From Actinobacteria bacterium UBA7524 (GTDB lineage Bacteria; Actinomycetota; Coriobacteriia; Anaerosomatales; UBA912), in NCBI GenBank assembly GCA_002478275.1, contig DLMY01000016.1:62001-103222 (forward strand): a stretch of DNA of 41,222 nucleotides, in the 5' to 3' direction. The translations under genes and the position numbers were made by a program. Each line of letters starts with the position of its first letter. Position 1 is the stretch's first letter. Positions 20,233 through 30,669 of the stretch are shown piece after piece. The notes under the pieces were generated by a model. That model searched no databases. It had not been told where the DNA came from and saw nothing but the letters and a program-made list of their open reading frames with translations.

Positions 20233-21482
20233 TCACCGCACTGGCGAACGCATTTCGCGTACCGGAGCTGCGTAAGAAGATCGTTTTCACGCTCATCATC
20301 ATAGGTGTCTACCGGATCGGCGCGCACATACCCGTCCCGGGCATCAACATCGAGGCCGTCAAGCAGTTGGTCGAGGGTCAGGCGACACTGGGATTACTCA
20401 ACCTCTTCTCGGGTGGAGCGCTCGAGACGTTCGCCGTGTTCTCTCTGGGTATCATGCCCTACATCACGGCATCGATCATCATGCAGCTGCTCCAGGGCGT
20501 CATCCCCAAGCTCGAGCGTTGGGCCAAGGAAGGCGAGACCGGACAACGCAAGATCACTCAATGGACCAGGTATCTCACCCTGGCGATCGCGTTTCTGAAC
20601 TCGGTCGGGCTTCTCACGGTGTTTCGCGACGCCTTGCGCGGCACGGGCATCGGTTTCGACTGGGTCACCAGCGCGGTCATCGTGATCTCGCTCATCGCGG
20701 GTACTGCCCTGATCATGTGGATGGGCGAACTCATCACCCAGCGAGGCGTCGGTAACGGGATGTCGCTGATGATCTTCGTCAGCATCGTGGCCAGATTCCC
20801 GGCCGCCTTGTGGCAGGCGCTCCAGCTCGGTCATGTGCTCATGTTCGTGATCACGATCGTGATCTTCCTTGCGGTCGTCGCGTTCATCGTCACCATGGAG
20901 CGCGGTCAGCGGCGCATACCCGTCCAGTACGCCAAGCGGGTCATCGGCCGTAAGGTCTACGGAGGTGCCGGCACCTACATTCCGCTGAAGATCAACGGTG
21001 CTGGCGTTATCCCGATCATCTTCGCTTCGGCGGTGCTCTTCTTCCCGGCCCAGCTAGCCGTGTTGACAGGCAATCCTACACTCACCCGCATCGGCAACGC
21101 TCTTTCCGAGGGCTGGCCCTACTACATGCTGTTCGCCGGGCTGGTCATCTTCTTCGCCTACTTCTACACCGCACTGGTGTTCAACCCGATCGACCTGGCC
21201 GACAACCTGCGCAAGAACGGTGGTTTCATCCCCGGCGTGCGTCCCGGCAAGGCGACGGTCAACTACATCGAGAACGTCATGAACAGGATCACTCTGCCCG
21301 GCGCGGTATTCCTCGCAGGCATCGCTATCCTGCCTACCATGCTTTTCCGGGCGACCGACGTCACCGTTCTGGAGCAGTTCGGAGGTACTTCGATCCTCAT
21401 CATGGTGAGCGTCGCCCTCGATACGATGACGCAGCTTGAGAGCCAGCTGAAGATGCGTCACTACGACGGCTTCTTCAAGTAG
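20229..21482 (+). CDS. secY: Preprotein translocase subunit SecY
   Basis: LGIMPYITASII, GVGNGMSL, GVIPIIFAS, FIPGVRPG, FGGTSILI. Confidence 0.98.
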   Translation: MITALANAFRVPELRKKIVFTLIIIGVYRIGAHIPVPGINIEAVKQLVEGQATLGLLNLFSGGALETFAVFSLGIMPYITASIIMQLLQGVIPKLERWAKEGETGQRKITQWTRYLTLAIAFLNSVGLLTVFRDALRGTGIGFDWVTSAVIVISLIAGTALIMWMGELITQRGVGNGMSLMIFVSIVARFPAALWQALQLGHVLMFVITIVIFLAVVAFIVTMERGQRRIPVQYAKRVIGRKVYGGAGTYIPLKINGAGVIPIIFASAVLFFPAQLAVLTGNPTLTRIGNALSEGWPYYMLFAGLVIFFAYFYTALVFNPIDLADNLRKNGGFIPGVRPGKATVNYIENVMNRITLPGAVFLAGIAILPTMLFRATDVTVLEQFGGTSILIMVSVALDTMTQLESQLKMRHYDGFFK

Positions 21483-21508
21483 TACGTTCCGGTGGAGGAG
21501 GGAACACG

Positions 21509-22138
21509 ATGAATGTCGTTCTGTTGGGTGCTCCGGGCGCAGGTAAGGGTACGCAGGCAGCGAAGATGATCGAGGAGTGGGGACTGCCCCACATCTCGAC
21601 CGGGGACATCTTGCGCAAGGCTGTCGCCGATGAGACCCCGCTCGGGCTGCAGGCGAAAGGGTATATGGACGCCGGCGAGCTGGTCCCCGATTTCGTAGTG
21701 GTGGGCCTGGTCAAGGACCGTCTGGCCGAGCCGGACGCCGAGAAAGGCTTCATCCTCGATGGGTTTCCCCGCACTGATGGGCAGGCAGTCGCGCTGGACG
21801 ATGCCTTGGCGGAGTCCGGCATGGTATTGGATGCCGTGCTCAGCATCGATGTGGACAGGGACGTCATAGTCGAGAGGCTTACGTCGCGGCGCACGTGCCG
21901 TCAGTGCGGCCGCATCACGAATGTGGCCGAGGGTGACACGTGTGTCACGTGCGGAGGCGAGTTGTTCCAGAGAGATGACGATACCGTCGAGACTGTCACG
22001 AACAGGCTTGCTGTCTACGACCGTTCCACGGCGCCGCTCATCCAGTACTACCGCGATAAGGGATTGCTGCACGAGATCGATGGCGGCCGCCCAGTCGATG
22101 ACGTATTCGCTGACGTCCGATCCGCGCTGCAGGGATAG
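21509..22138 (+). CDS. adk: Adenylate kinase
   Basis: GAPGAGKGT, HISTGD, FILDGFPRT, Cys4 LID. Confidence 0.97.
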   Translation: MNVVLLGAPGAGKGTQAAKMIEEWGLPHISTGDILRKAVADETPLGLQAKGYMDAGELVPDFVVVGLVKDRLAEPDAEKGFILDGFPRTDGQAVALDDALAESGMVLDAVLSIDVDRDVIVERLTSRRTCRQCGRITNVAEGDTCVTCGGELFQRDDDTVETVTNRLAVYDRSTAPLIQYYRDKGLLHEIDGGRPVDDVFADVRSALQG

Positions 22139-22147
22139 AGCTACTTC

Positions 22148-22894
22148 GTGATCATCCGCAAGTCCCCTTCCGAGCTGGAGATAATGCGTGAGGCCGGGCG
22201 GATCACCGCCATGGCCTTGCGTCTTGTAGGGGAGCTTGTGCGGCCTGGCATATCCACCGCTGAACTCGATGAGGCGGCGGAGGCGGCCATCCGTGATGCG
22301 GATGCCCTTCCGGCGTTCAAGGGCTACCATGGCTTCCCGAGTACCATCTGTGCCTCGATAAACCACGAGGTCGTTCACGGGATACCCTCGAAACGCCCGC
22401 TGACCGAGGGTGACATCCTGTCGGTTGACGTGGGTGCTGTCGTGCAGGGCTACTATGGTGATTCTGCCCGGACGTTCGCTGTAGGCAGGGTAAGTGATGA
22501 AGCGCGGAGGCTGATGGATGTGACCCTGGCTGCACTTGAGGCCGGCATCGCCAGAGTGCGAGAGGATATGCGTCTTTACGACATCTCCAACGCCGTGCAG
22601 ACGGTTGCCGAGTCCGCAGGGTTCAGCGTCGTTCGAGAGTACGTGGGGCATGGCATAGGACGCTCGATGCATGAGGAGCCACAGGTTCCCAACTACGGCC
22701 CGGCTGGAAAAGGGCCGACCCTCAAGCAGGGGATGGTGTTCGCTATCGAGCCGATGGTCAACGCCGGAGCTGCGGATGTGGAGTCTCTTGAGGACGGTTG
22801 GACCGTGGTCACCAGGGACCGTTCGCTCTCGGCGCATTTCGAGCACACGGTGGCGGTCGGTGATGAAGGACCCGTGATTCTGACCATGGAGTGA
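22148..22894 (+). CDS. map: Methionine aminopeptidase type I
   Basis: CASINHEVVHGIP, GHGIG..MHEEP, IEPMV, SAHFEHT. Confidence 0.97.
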   Translation: MIIRKSPSELEIMREAGRITAMALRLVGELVRPGISTAELDEAAEAAIRDADALPAFKGYHGFPSTICASINHEVVHGIPSKRPLTEGDILSVDVGAVVQGYYGDSARTFAVGRVSDEARRLMDVTLAALEAGIARVREDMRLYDISNAVQTVAESAGFSVVREYVGHGIGRSMHEEPQVPNYGPAGKGPTLKQGMVFAIEPMVNAGAADVESLEDGWTVVTRDRSLSAHFEHTVAVGDEGPVILTME

Positions 22895-22923
22895 GACTGC
22901 TCATAGGACGCGAATGTTTTTTA

Positions 22924-22952
22924 TGGACGATGGCCAGGACGAACGGTATACT
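22924..22952 (+). promoter_or_regulatory. Putative internal promoter for infA/alpha block
   Basis: TGGACG-17 bp-TATACT, preceded by a T-rich tract. Confidence 0.5.
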
Positions 22953-22993
22953 ACTCATTTGCGGCTCGTAGCCAGGTAAGGAGAACGCAGCTG

Positions 22994-23215
22994 GTGGCAA
23001 AGCGTGAGGACGCCATAGAGATGGAAGGCACGGTGGTCGAGCCGTTGCCGAACGCCATGTTTCGCGTCGAGCTGGACAACGGTCATAAGGTCCTCGCTCA
23101 CATCTCCGGTAAGATGCGAATGCACTACATCCGGATACTGCCGGGTGACAAGGTGGTCGTAGAGCTTTCTCCATACGACCTGACGCGCGGACGGATCACC
23201 TACCGGTACAAGTAG
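22994..23215 (+). CDS. infA: Translation initiation factor IF-1
   Basis: [35 protein letters not shown]. Confidence 0.98.
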   Translation: MAKREDAIEMEGTVVEPLPNAMFRVELDNGHKVLAHISGKMRMHYIRILPGDKVVVELSPYDLTRGRITYRYK

Positions 23216-23326
23216 GTCCTGTGTGCGGGTGCGTTGGACACGCCCGGCGGCGTGTGCCATCCAAGACGACAGAACACGCCTGCGGCTGGGTGTGAAGATA
23301 GATGTGCAAGTCCGAAAGGGAGAACG

Positions 23327-23440
23327 ATGAAGGTAAGACCTTCGGTCAAGAAGATGTGCGACAAGTGTAAGATCATTCGCCGCCACGGCAAGGTTCTCGT
23401 GATCTGTGAGAATCCTCGCCATAAGCAGCGGCAAGGTTAG
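23327..23440 (+). CDS. rpmJ: 50S ribosomal protein L36 (Zn-binding)
   Basis: [19 protein letters not shown]...[12 protein letters not shown], 37 aa. Confidence 0.98.
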   Translation: MKVRPSVKKMCDKCKIIRRHGKVLVICENPRHKQRQG

Positions 23441-23454
23441 AGGAGGTACGGCGA

Positions 23455-23829
23455 GTGGCCCGAATCTCAGGTGTAGACCTGCCACGCGAGAAGCGTGTCG
23501 AGATAGGTCTGACCTACATCTACGGCATCGGCCTGACGACGAGCCAGCAGATACTGCGTGAGACGGGTATCGATCCCGGCACGCGGGTCCGTAACCTCAC
23601 CGAAGAAGAGGTCGTCCGGTTGCGTGAGTATATCGATCGCAGCCTGCGCGTCGAGGGCGACCTCCGCAGGGAGGTCAGTCAGAACATCAAGCGCCTTATG
23701 GAGATCGGCTGTTACCGTGGTTTGCGCCACCGTCGCGGCCTCCCCGTGCGTGGACAGCGTACGCACACCAACGCGCGCACCCGTAAGGGTCCACGCCGCC
23801 AGATCGGCGCGAAGAAGAAGGGCAAGTAG
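23455..23829 (+). CDS. rpsM: 30S ribosomal protein S13
   Basis: [26 protein letters not shown]. Confidence 0.98.
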   Translation: MARISGVDLPREKRVEIGLTYIYGIGLTTSQQILRETGIDPGTRVRNLTEEEVVRLREYIDRSLRVEGDLRREVSQNIKRLMEIGCYRGLRHRRGLPVRGQRTHTNARTRKGPRRQIGAKKKGK

Positions 23830-23832
23830 GGC

Positions 23833-24234
23833 ATGGTAGCCAAGAAGAAGACCGCCAAAACGCGGGTACGCCGCTCCGAACGCAAGAACATCGCGGTGGG
23901 GCAGGCGCACATCAAGAGTACGTTCAACAACACCGTTGTGACGATCACGGACCCGCAGGGCAACGTGATCACCTGGCAGTCGGCCGGTACCGTGGGCTTC
24001 AAGGGTTCGCGTAAGTCGACCCCGTTCGCGGCACAGATGGCCGCTGAGGCGTGCGCGAAGGCCGCCATGGAGCACGGGATGCGCAAAGTCTCCGTGTTCG
24101 TGAAGGGTCCCGGTTCGGGACGCGAGACCGCGATCCGCTCGCTCCAGGCCGCCGGCCTGGAGATAGCAAGCATCCAGGATTGCACCCCTGTCCCCCACAA
24201 CGGTTGTCGGCCGCGCAAGCGCCGCCGCGTGTAA
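23833..24234 (+). CDS. rpsK: 30S ribosomal protein S11
   Basis: [26 protein letters not shown]. Confidence 0.98.
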   Translation: MVAKKKTAKTRVRRSERKNIAVGQAHIKSTFNNTVVTITDPQGNVITWQSAGTVGFKGSRKSTPFAAQMAAEACAKAAMEHGMRKVSVFVKGPGSGRETAIRSLQAAGLEIASIQDCTPVPHNGCRPRKRRRV

Positions 24235-24253
24235 CAACAGGAGGAACCAGACG

Positions 24254-24880
24254 ATGGCACGTTATACCGGGGCGGACTGCAGACTCTGCCGCCGCGAAGG
24301 TGTGAAGCTGTTCCTCAAGGGCGATCGGTGCTATAGCGACAAGTGCGGCGTTGAGCGCCGCCCGTACGCGCCGGGTATGGCGGGCAAGCGACGCCCGCGT
24401 GACTCGGAGTACCGTATCCAGCTCCGCGAGAAGCAGAAGACCAAGAGGATCTACGGTTTGCTCGAGAAGCAGTTCCGTGGCTACTACGAACTGGCGAACC
24501 GCCAGCAGGGCATCACGGGCCAGAACCTTCTGCGCCTGCTCGAGAGCCGTCTCGACAACGTGGTGTACCGGCTCGGATTCGCGAAGTCACGTGATGAGGC
24601 CCGGCAGGTAGTCACGCATGGCCACATCACGGTGAACGGACGCCGCGTCAACATCCCGTCATACCGGGTACGCACCGGTGACACGGTTGCCGTGGCACAG
24701 AAGTCGAAGGACCTGCTGGTCATCAAGACCTCACTGATCTCCTCGGAGAAGGTCGAGGTCCCCGGCTGGCTCGAGGTGGACATCGAGAAGCTTTCCGGCA
24801 AGGTACTGTCCCTGCCCGAGCGCGACCAGATCGATGCCCCCGTCCGCGAGCAGCTCATCGTCGAGCTGTACTCGAAGTAG
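24254..24880 (+). CDS. rpsD: 30S ribosomal protein S4
   Basis: [34 protein letters not shown]. Confidence 0.98.
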   Translation: MARYTGADCRLCRREGVKLFLKGDRCYSDKCGVERRPYAPGMAGKRRPRDSEYRIQLREKQKTKRIYGLLEKQFRGYYELANRQQGITGQNLLRLLESRLDNVVYRLGFAKSRDEARQVVTHGHITVNGRRVNIPSYRVRTGDTVAVAQKSKDLLVIKTSLISSEKVEVPGWLEVDIEKLSGKVLSLPERDQIDAPVREQLIVELYSK

Positions 24881-24911
24881 GACGCTCGGAAAAGCCAAGG
24901 AGGCTCCAGAA

Positions 24912-25850
24912 GTGACAGAGTTCATGAGACCGCAGGTGACCGTCGAGCCGGTGGACGACCGCGTTGCAAGGTACATCGTCGAGCCTCTCGAAAGAGGTTT
25001 CGGCTACACCTTGGGCAACTGCATGCGCAGGGTGCTGCTGTCCTCGCTTGAGGGCGCTGCTCCCACCTCGATACGCGTCGAGGGCATCCAGCATGAGTTC
25101 AGCTCCATCGACGGTGTCCGCGAAGACGTCACCGATATCGTGCTCAACATCAAGTCCCTGGTGTTCAGCGAGACCGGCATCGGAGCTGCGGACGCGGTGG
25201 CGACCCTGTCCGCCAGCGGCCCGGGTGTCGTGACCGGCGCGGACCTGAAGGTTCCCTCGGAGTTCGAGTTGGTGAACCCCGATCAGCCGATAGCCACTTT
25301 GAACAAGGGCGCCAAGCTCGAGATGAGTGTGCGGGTCGGCGTGGGTCGCGGGTATGTCTCAGCGGACCGGAACAAGAGGGTCGAGGACCCCATCGGTGTC
25401 ATCACCGTCGATTCACTCTTCTCTCCGGTGGTCCGCTGCACGTATGTCGTGGAGAACACCCGTGTCGGCCAGCGCACCGACTACGACAAGCTCACGCTCG
25501 AGCTTGAGACCAACGGCTCACTCGATCCGGGCGATGCCGTGGCCCGTGCGGGCCAGATCATCAACGAGCACATGATGGTCTTCACGGAGCAGGCGGTAAA
25601 CGGACTCTCCGAGGATGGCATCTTCGCCGCTGCGGTCGACGAGGCCGACAGCGTGCTGGATACGCCGATCGAAGAGCTCGATCTGTCGGTGCGCTCCTAC
25701 AACTGCCTGAAGCGCCAGGGTGTCAACACCATCGGGCAGCTTGCCGAGTGCACAGAAGGTGATCTGCTCAACATCCGCAACTTCGGGGCGAAGTCCATCG
25801 AAGAGGTCAAGGACAAGCTCCAGCAAATGGGCTTGGGTCTGAAGCAGTAG
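24912..25850 (+). CDS. rpoA: RNA polymerase subunit alpha
   Basis: [45 protein letters not shown] behind AAGGAGG. Confidence 0.98.
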   Translation: MTEFMRPQVTVEPVDDRVARYIVEPLERGFGYTLGNCMRRVLLSSLEGAAPTSIRVEGIQHEFSSIDGVREDVTDIVLNIKSLVFSETGIGAADAVATLSASGPGVVTGADLKVPSEFELVNPDQPIATLNKGAKLEMSVRVGVGRGYVSADRNKRVEDPIGVITVDSLFSPVVRCTYVVENTRVGQRTDYDKLTLELETNGSLDPGDAVARAGQIINEHMMVFTEQAVNGLSEDGIFAAAVDEADSVLDTPIEELDLSVRSYNCLKRQGVNTIGQLAECTEGDLLNIRNFGAKSIEEVKDKLQQMGLGLKQ

Positions 25851-25863
25851 GAGAACATTCACC

Positions 25864-26217
25864 ATGAGACATCTCAAGAAGGGCCGCAAGCTCGGCACCG
25901 ATGCCAGCCATACGAAGGCGATGCTTCGCAGCCTCGCGATAGCGCTGTTCACCAACGAGAGGATCAAGACGACCGAGGCACGCGCCAAGGAAGTCCGTTC
26001 GCTGGTAGACAAGATCATCACGTGGGGCAAGAAGGGCGATGTGCATTCGCGCAGGTTGGCGATGGGCGAGCTCGGTGACAAGGAGCTTGTACACAAGGTA
26101 TTCGCGGACATCGCACCGCGCTTCGAGGGTCGTGACGGAGGCTACACCCGTATCCTCAAGCTCGGCCCGCGCAAGGGCGATGCCGCACCGATGGTCATCC
26201 TGGAACTGGTCGAGTAG
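25864..26217 (+). CDS. rplQ: 50S ribosomal protein L17
   Basis: [29 protein letters not shown]. Confidence 0.98.
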   Translation: MRHLKKGRKLGTDASHTKAMLRSLAIALFTNERIKTTEARAKEVRSLVDKIITWGKKGDVHSRRLAMGELGDKELVHKVFADIAPRFEGRDGGYTRILKLGPRKGDAAPMVILELVE

Positions 26218-26261
26218 GGCCGCTCCGGTACCGGTGTGAACGCACCGGAACACACGACCGA

Positions 26262-26302
26262 CACAGAGGGCCTCGCAGGAAGTTGCGAGGTCCTTGTGCT
26301 TC
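26262..26302 (+). terminator. Probable terminator after rplQ
   Basis: Stem AGGGCCTCGCA/TGCGAGGTCCT extended by CACA/TGTG; a second hairpin CCGGTG/CACCGG lies at 26231-26248. Confidence 0.6.
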
Positions 26303-26338
26303 GGTGAGTATGTTCATTGAGGTAGAGAAGGGGGCGTT

Positions 26339-27151
26339 TTGATCAGGTTCGATGACGTCGTCTTTCGCTATCCCGCAGTCGAGGGCCCAGCCGTCGCAGG
26401 CTTGAGCTTCGAGCTGGCTTCGGGACAGCTGCTCGCCGTGTTGGGCTCGAACGGTTCTGGGAAGTCCACGCTGGCGAAGCTGGCCAACGGGTTGCTGCTG
26501 CCCGTGTCCGGATCGGTCACGGTAGATGGACTTAGCACGGGTGACGGGCAAAGCGGGTGGGACATCAGGCGACGCGTCGGGGTCGTGTTCCAGAATCCCG
26601 ACAATCAGATCGTTGCGACCGTCGTCGAAGAGGATGCTGCATTCGCCCTGGAGAACCTGGGGGTCGCGCCAGAAGAGATACGTCGCCGGGTCGACCACGC
26701 GCTGGCCCTTGTCGGACTGACGGGGCTTGAGCGACGCGAGCCTCATCTGTTGTCAGGTGGACAGAAACAGCGTCTTGCGATCGCGGGGGCGATCGCCATG
26801 GACCCGGAGTACCTCGTCTTGGACGAGCCGACGGCGATGTTGGACCCTGTGGGCCGGCGGGATGTGCTCCGTATCGTGTCCTCGCTTCGGGACCAAGGTC
26901 GCGGCGTCATCCACGTGACTCATCATCTCGCAGACATCGCATCCGCAGACCGGGTGCTCGTTCTGCGCGATGGCATGCAGGCCTTCCTCGGCAGACCCGA
27001 GGAGCTTCTCGTATCCCCCGGGCTGGTAGAGCAACTCGGGCTCGCGATGCCGCCGATCGCTCGCTTGTCGCAGTCTCTGCGCATGCGAGGTGTCAGTCTC
27101 CCGGTGACAGCGTTGTCGCCAGAGCGTGTCGCAGGTGCGTTGTGTCTCTGA
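26339..27151 (+). CDS. ecfA1: ECF transporter ATPase EcfA
   Basis: GSNGSGKST, VFQNPDNQIV, LSGGQKQR, LDEPT; rplQ-ecfAA'T-truA synteny. Confidence 0.9.
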   Translation: MIRFDDVVFRYPAVEGPAVAGLSFELASGQLLAVLGSNGSGKSTLAKLANGLLLPVSGSVTVDGLSTGDGQSGWDIRRRVGVVFQNPDNQIVATVVEEDAAFALENLGVAPEEIRRRVDHALALVGLTGLERREPHLLSGGQKQRLAIAGAIAMDPEYLVLDEPTAMLDPVGRRDVLRIVSSLRDQGRGVIHVTHHLADIASADRVLVLRDGMQAFLGRPEELLVSPGLVEQLGLAMPPIARLSQSLRMRGVSLPVTALSPERVAGALCL

Positions 27152-27978
27152 GGCTCGACACGGTTACCTACACCTACGGTGCGGGGACGGGGTTCGCTCA
27201 CCGTGCCCTCGAAGACGTCTCGCTGCAAGTAGAACCGGGAACGCTGACATTGGTCCTGGGTCCGACCGGATCCGGGAAGTCGACCCTGCTTCGCCTTGCC
27301 GCAGGCTTGTTGTCGCCCACCGCAGGTTCCGTGGCTCTTGACGGGGCCGCGGTACAGACGAGTGGCGTCGGAGGCGCTGGGCTGGTGTTCCAGAGCCCCG
27401 AGACGCAGCTGTTCGCCGAGACCGTAGCCGAAGACGTCGCTTTCGGTCCGCGTAACCAGGGCATCACCGGCGATGAGCTCCAACGCGTTACCCGCCAAGC
27501 GCTCGACGCGGTAGGGCTGGCCTTCGAGCACTTCGCGCGGCGCTCTCCCTTCACGCTGTCCGGAGGGGAGGCCAGACGCGTTGCGCTGGCCGGCGTACTT
27601 GCGATGAATCCCGCGTACCTGCTTCTTGACGAGCCGACTGCGGGTCTCGATCAGGCGGGCAGGGAAGCTCTGCGAGCGACTCTCGACGGACTGCGCCAGC
27701 GGACCGGGATCGTGGTCGTCACGCACGATGCCGAGGAGTTCATCGACGATGCGGATACCGTGGTAGTTCTGACCGCTGGGCGGATCGGCTTCTGCGGCAC
27801 ACCCGAAGAGCTGCTTGAGGATCCTGCGCCCCTTCGACAGGGTGGCCTGATCGCACCGGATGTACTCGAGTTGCAGCTATTACTGCGTGATAAGGGAGTC
27901 TTCGAAGGCCCGTTCGCGCTTGACCCCGATGTGGCCGCCGCGCGCATCGCCGACTCGCTGCAGGGGGACCGCACATGA
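27142..27978 (+). CDS. ecfA2: ECF transporter ATPase EcfA'
   Basis: GPTGSGKST, FQSPETQLFAETV, SPFTLSGGEARR, DEPTAGLD. Confidence 0.9.
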   Translation: MSLRLDTVTYTYGAGTGFAHRALEDVSLQVEPGTLTLVLGPTGSGKSTLLRLAAGLLSPTAGSVALDGAAVQTSGVGGAGLVFQSPETQLFAETVAEDVAFGPRNQGITGDELQRVTRQALDAVGLAFEHFARRSPFTLSGGEARRVALAGVLAMNPAYLLLDEPTAGLDQAGREALRATLDGLRQRTGIVVVTHDAEEFIDDADTVVVLTAGRIGFCGTPEELLEDPAPLRQGGLIAPDVLELQLLLRDKGVFEGPFALDPDVAAARIADSLQGDRT

Positions 27979-28772
27979 GGACGCCGGTTCCTTTCGGGCA
28001 GTACGTACCACTGGACTCCCCGGTCCACTCGCTTGAAGCGCGGGCGAAGATGGGGTTGACCGCCTCGTTCACCGTGCTTGTGTTCGCGGTGGAGGGTTTC
28101 CCGGGACTGTTCGCGGCCGCACTTCTGGTCACCGTTGCGATCCTGTCGTCGCGTGTGCCACCCCGGCTGGTGGCTCGAGGCTTGAAGGCGATCACGCTCC
28201 TCTTGGTGTTCACGCTGCTGGCGCATGCTCTCAGATGGCAGCCTGCCACGGTGGCACTCGTGCGCCTGGGTCCGCTTGCGATAGATCAGGGCGGTCTGGT
28301 GACCGGACTGTTCTTCTCGTTCAGGATCGTTCTGCTTGTGGTCGGGACGTCGCTGCTCACCCTCACGACCTCCCCGGTGGAACTCACAGACGGGCTTGAG
28401 CGTGTCATGCGCCCCCTCAGACTCCTACGTGTGCCTGTGGCGGAGCTGTCGATGATGCTCACCATATCGCTCAGGTTCATACCGACGACCGCTGAGGAAG
28501 CGGAGAAGATCATCGTCGCCCAGACCGCGCGAGGTGCGAGGTTCGACAAAGGAGGGCCGGTGGCGAGGGCCAAGGCGTATGTGCCGGTCCTCGTCCCTCT
28601 GTTCGTCAATCTTTTCCGTAGAGCCGATGAACTGGCTACGGCGATGGAGTCTCGGTGCTATCGTGGCGGTGAGGGACGCACGCGGTTGCGGGAAACGAGG
28701 CTCATCTTCAGGGACTGGATCGTACTGGGTCTGGGACTCGGGGTTGTCGCAGCCCTCGCCATGATGCTGTGA
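27975..28772 (+). CDS. ecfT: ECF transporter transmembrane component T
   Basis: GQYVP.DSPVH.L, ISLRFIPT, AQTARG, AMESRCY. Confidence 0.92.
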   Translation: MRTPVPFGQYVPLDSPVHSLEARAKMGLTASFTVLVFAVEGFPGLFAAALLVTVAILSSRVPPRLVARGLKAITLLLVFTLLAHALRWQPATVALVRLGPLAIDQGGLVTGLFFSFRIVLLVVGTSLLTLTTSPVELTDGLERVMRPLRLLRVPVAELSMMLTISLRFIPTTAEEAEKIIVAQTARGARFDKGGPVARAKAYVPVLVPLFVNLFRRADELATAMESRCYRGGEGRTRLRETRLIFRDWIVLGLGLGVVAALAMML

Positions 28773-29605
28773 GTGCTGAGACGGCGAAGTCAGCAGATGG
28801 GTACCGGGTCCATGGATGTAAGGCGGGAAAGATGAGCCACACGATCGCGATGGTCGTCTCGTACAACGGAGCCGGCCTGTCTGGCTTCGCCAGACAACCG
28901 GACCTTGAAACCGTACAGGGACGACTCGAGCAAGCTCTCGGAACGGTGTTGCGCCGCGACGTCGAGATCACGGGGGCGGGACGCACGGATGCCGGGGTCC
29001 ATGCGCTCGGGCAGGTCGTGAGCTTCGAGGCGTCGGGTGACGAGCCGTCCCCCGATGCGCTTATCCGTTCAGTCAATGCGCTCGCGGGTCCCGGCATCGT
29101 GGTGACCGGTATTCAGCGAGCCCCGGCCGGATTCTCGGCGCGCTTCGACGCCGTTGCCCGGGAGTACCGCTACCGGTTCGTGCCTGGGCCGGTGCCACCG
29201 GTCTTCCTCTCTCCGTATGCGTGGTGGATCAAGCATAAGCTCGACCTGCACATGATGCGCGAGGCGTGCGCTGCCTTGGTCGGGGAGCACGATTTCGCAT
29301 CGTTCTGCGTCAGCGAATCGGCCCGTGAAGGAAGTACCGTTCGTGCTCTGGAACTCGTTTCCATCGAGCCTGACATGGTGCTGGGAGAACACAGCGTGGT
29401 GCTGAGAGTGGTCGGCAACGCGTTCTTGCACTCCATGGTGCGCGTCATAGCTGGCACGTTGGCGGAGGTCGGCGTGGGTCGCAGGGAGCCGGGGTGGGTC
29501 GCCGACGTCCTTGAGGCCCGCTCGCGCGCGGCAGCAGGCCCGACGGCACCCCCGAACGGCCTGACGCTCTGGCACGTCAGCTACCCGGAAGAGTGCTGGT
29601 TGTAG
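28769..29605 (+). CDS. truA: tRNA pseudouridine(38-40) synthase (alternative start ATG 28832)
   Basis: GAGRTDAGVHALGQV, ARFDA..REYRY, AFLHSMVR, TAPPNGL. Confidence 0.95.
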   Translation: MSAETAKSADGYRVHGCKAGKMSHTIAMVVSYNGAGLSGFARQPDLETVQGRLEQALGTVLRRDVEITGAGRTDAGVHALGQVVSFEASGDEPSPDALIRSVNALAGPGIVVTGIQRAPAGFSARFDAVAREYRYRFVPGPVPPVFLSPYAWWIKHKLDLHMMREACAALVGEHDFASFCVSESAREGSTVRALELVSIEPDMVLGEHSVVLRVVGNAFLHSMVRVIAGTLAEVGVGRREPGWVADVLEARSRAAAGPTAPPNGLTLWHVSYPEECWL

Positions 29606-29654
29606 CGTCGGTAAGGGGTTCCTCGGCATGGATACGCCCGGACGCGTGTAGTTA

Positions 29655-29683
29655 TTGACTCGGCAGGGGTCGATGGCTATAGT
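29655..29683 (+). promoter_or_regulatory. Promoter of rplM-rpsI
   Basis: TTGACT-17 bp-TATAGT. Confidence 0.75.
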
Positions 29684-29689
29684 CAAAGG

Positions 29690-29722
29690 GTTCGTTTGAG
29701 CCCCGTGAAATCTCAATCGAAC
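29690..29722 (+). promoter_or_regulatory. Putative L13 leader hairpin
   Basis: GTTCG-T-TTGAG/CTCAA-T-CGAAC stem with CCCCG-containing loop at the start of the predicted rplM 5' UTR. Confidence 0.55.
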
Positions 29723-29751
29723 ACGTTGGAACAGATACCGTTGGAGGGCCA

Positions 29752-30186
29752 GTGAAGACCTACCACGCCAAGCCAGGCGAAGTCGAGCGCGAGTGGCTGC
29801 TCGTCGATGCCGAGGATATGGTGCTGGGTCGTCTTGCCAGCAGGATCGCGCAGATCCTCAAGGGCAAGAACAAGCCGCAGTACACACCGCACGTGGATAC
29901 AGGCGACTTCGTTGTGGTCGTCAACGCCGAGAAGATCCGTCTGACCGGCAACAAGATGGCGACGAAGTCCGCGTTCCGTCACAGCGGGCATCCGGGCGGC
30001 CTCAAGGAGATGCCGATCGCCCGTATGCTCGAGCGTCATCCCGACCGAGTCATCCGCAGGGCGGTCAAGGGCATGTTGCCTAAGAACTCCCTGGGACGGG
30101 CGATGCTCAAGAAGCTCAAGGTCTACGCGGGGCCGGAGCACCCGCACGAGGCTCAGAAACCGCGTCAGATCACGCTGGAGGGTTAA
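29752..30186 (+). CDS. rplM: 50S ribosomal protein L13
   Basis: [30 protein letters not shown]. Confidence 0.98.
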   Translation: MKTYHAKPGEVEREWLLVDAEDMVLGRLASRIAQILKGKNKPQYTPHVDTGDFVVVVNAEKIRLTGNKMATKSAFRHSGHPGGLKEMPIARMLERHPDRVIRRAVKGMLPKNSLGRAMLKKLKVYAGPEHPHEAQKPRQITLEG

Positions 30187-30190
30187 GCAC

Positions 30191-30589
30191 ATGGCTGAGG
30201 ACAAAGCAGTCTACTGGGGAACCGGCCGCCGCAAGACCTCGGTCGCGCGCGTGCGTCTGATCCCGGGCACGGGCGCCATCACCGTCAACGGTCGTCCCGC
30301 TGCCGACTACTTCGGTCGCCAGGCGCTCGTGACGTTCGCCGAGACGCCGTTCAAGGCTACCGAGACCGCCGGACGTTTCGATGTCATCGCCAAGATCCAC
30401 GGCGGCGGCATCTCGGGCCAGGCGGGAGCGTTGCGTCATGGGATCGCCCGGGCGCTACTTGAGGCCGGCGACGAGTACCGCGGCGAGCTCAAGCGCGCCG
30501 GCTACCTGCGCCGCGACCCGAGAATGGTCGAGCGCAAGAAGTACGGCCTGAAGAAGGCCCGCAAGCGTCCGCAGTTCTCCAAGCGCTAG
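30191..30589 (+). CDS. rpsI: 30S ribosomal protein S9
   Basis: [41 protein letters not shown]. Confidence 0.98.
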   Translation: MAEDKAVYWGTGRRKTSVARVRLIPGTGAITVNGRPAADYFGRQALVTFAETPFKATETAGRFDVIAKIHGGGISGQAGALRHGIARALLEAGDEYRGELKRAGYLRRDPRMVERKKYGLKKARKRPQFSKR

Positions 30590-30613
30590 GACGACGCGGG
30601 GTACGCGAATCCT

Positions 30614-30648
30614 GCAAGGCCCGCCTGTGTGGCGGGCCTTGTGCTTTC
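30614..30648 (+). terminator. Intrinsic terminator after rpsI
   Basis: 12-bp stem GCAAGGCCCGCC/GGCGGGCCTTGT then GCTTTC. Confidence 0.7.
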
Positions 30649-30669
30649 AGAGTGAAGGAGTTGCGCGAC

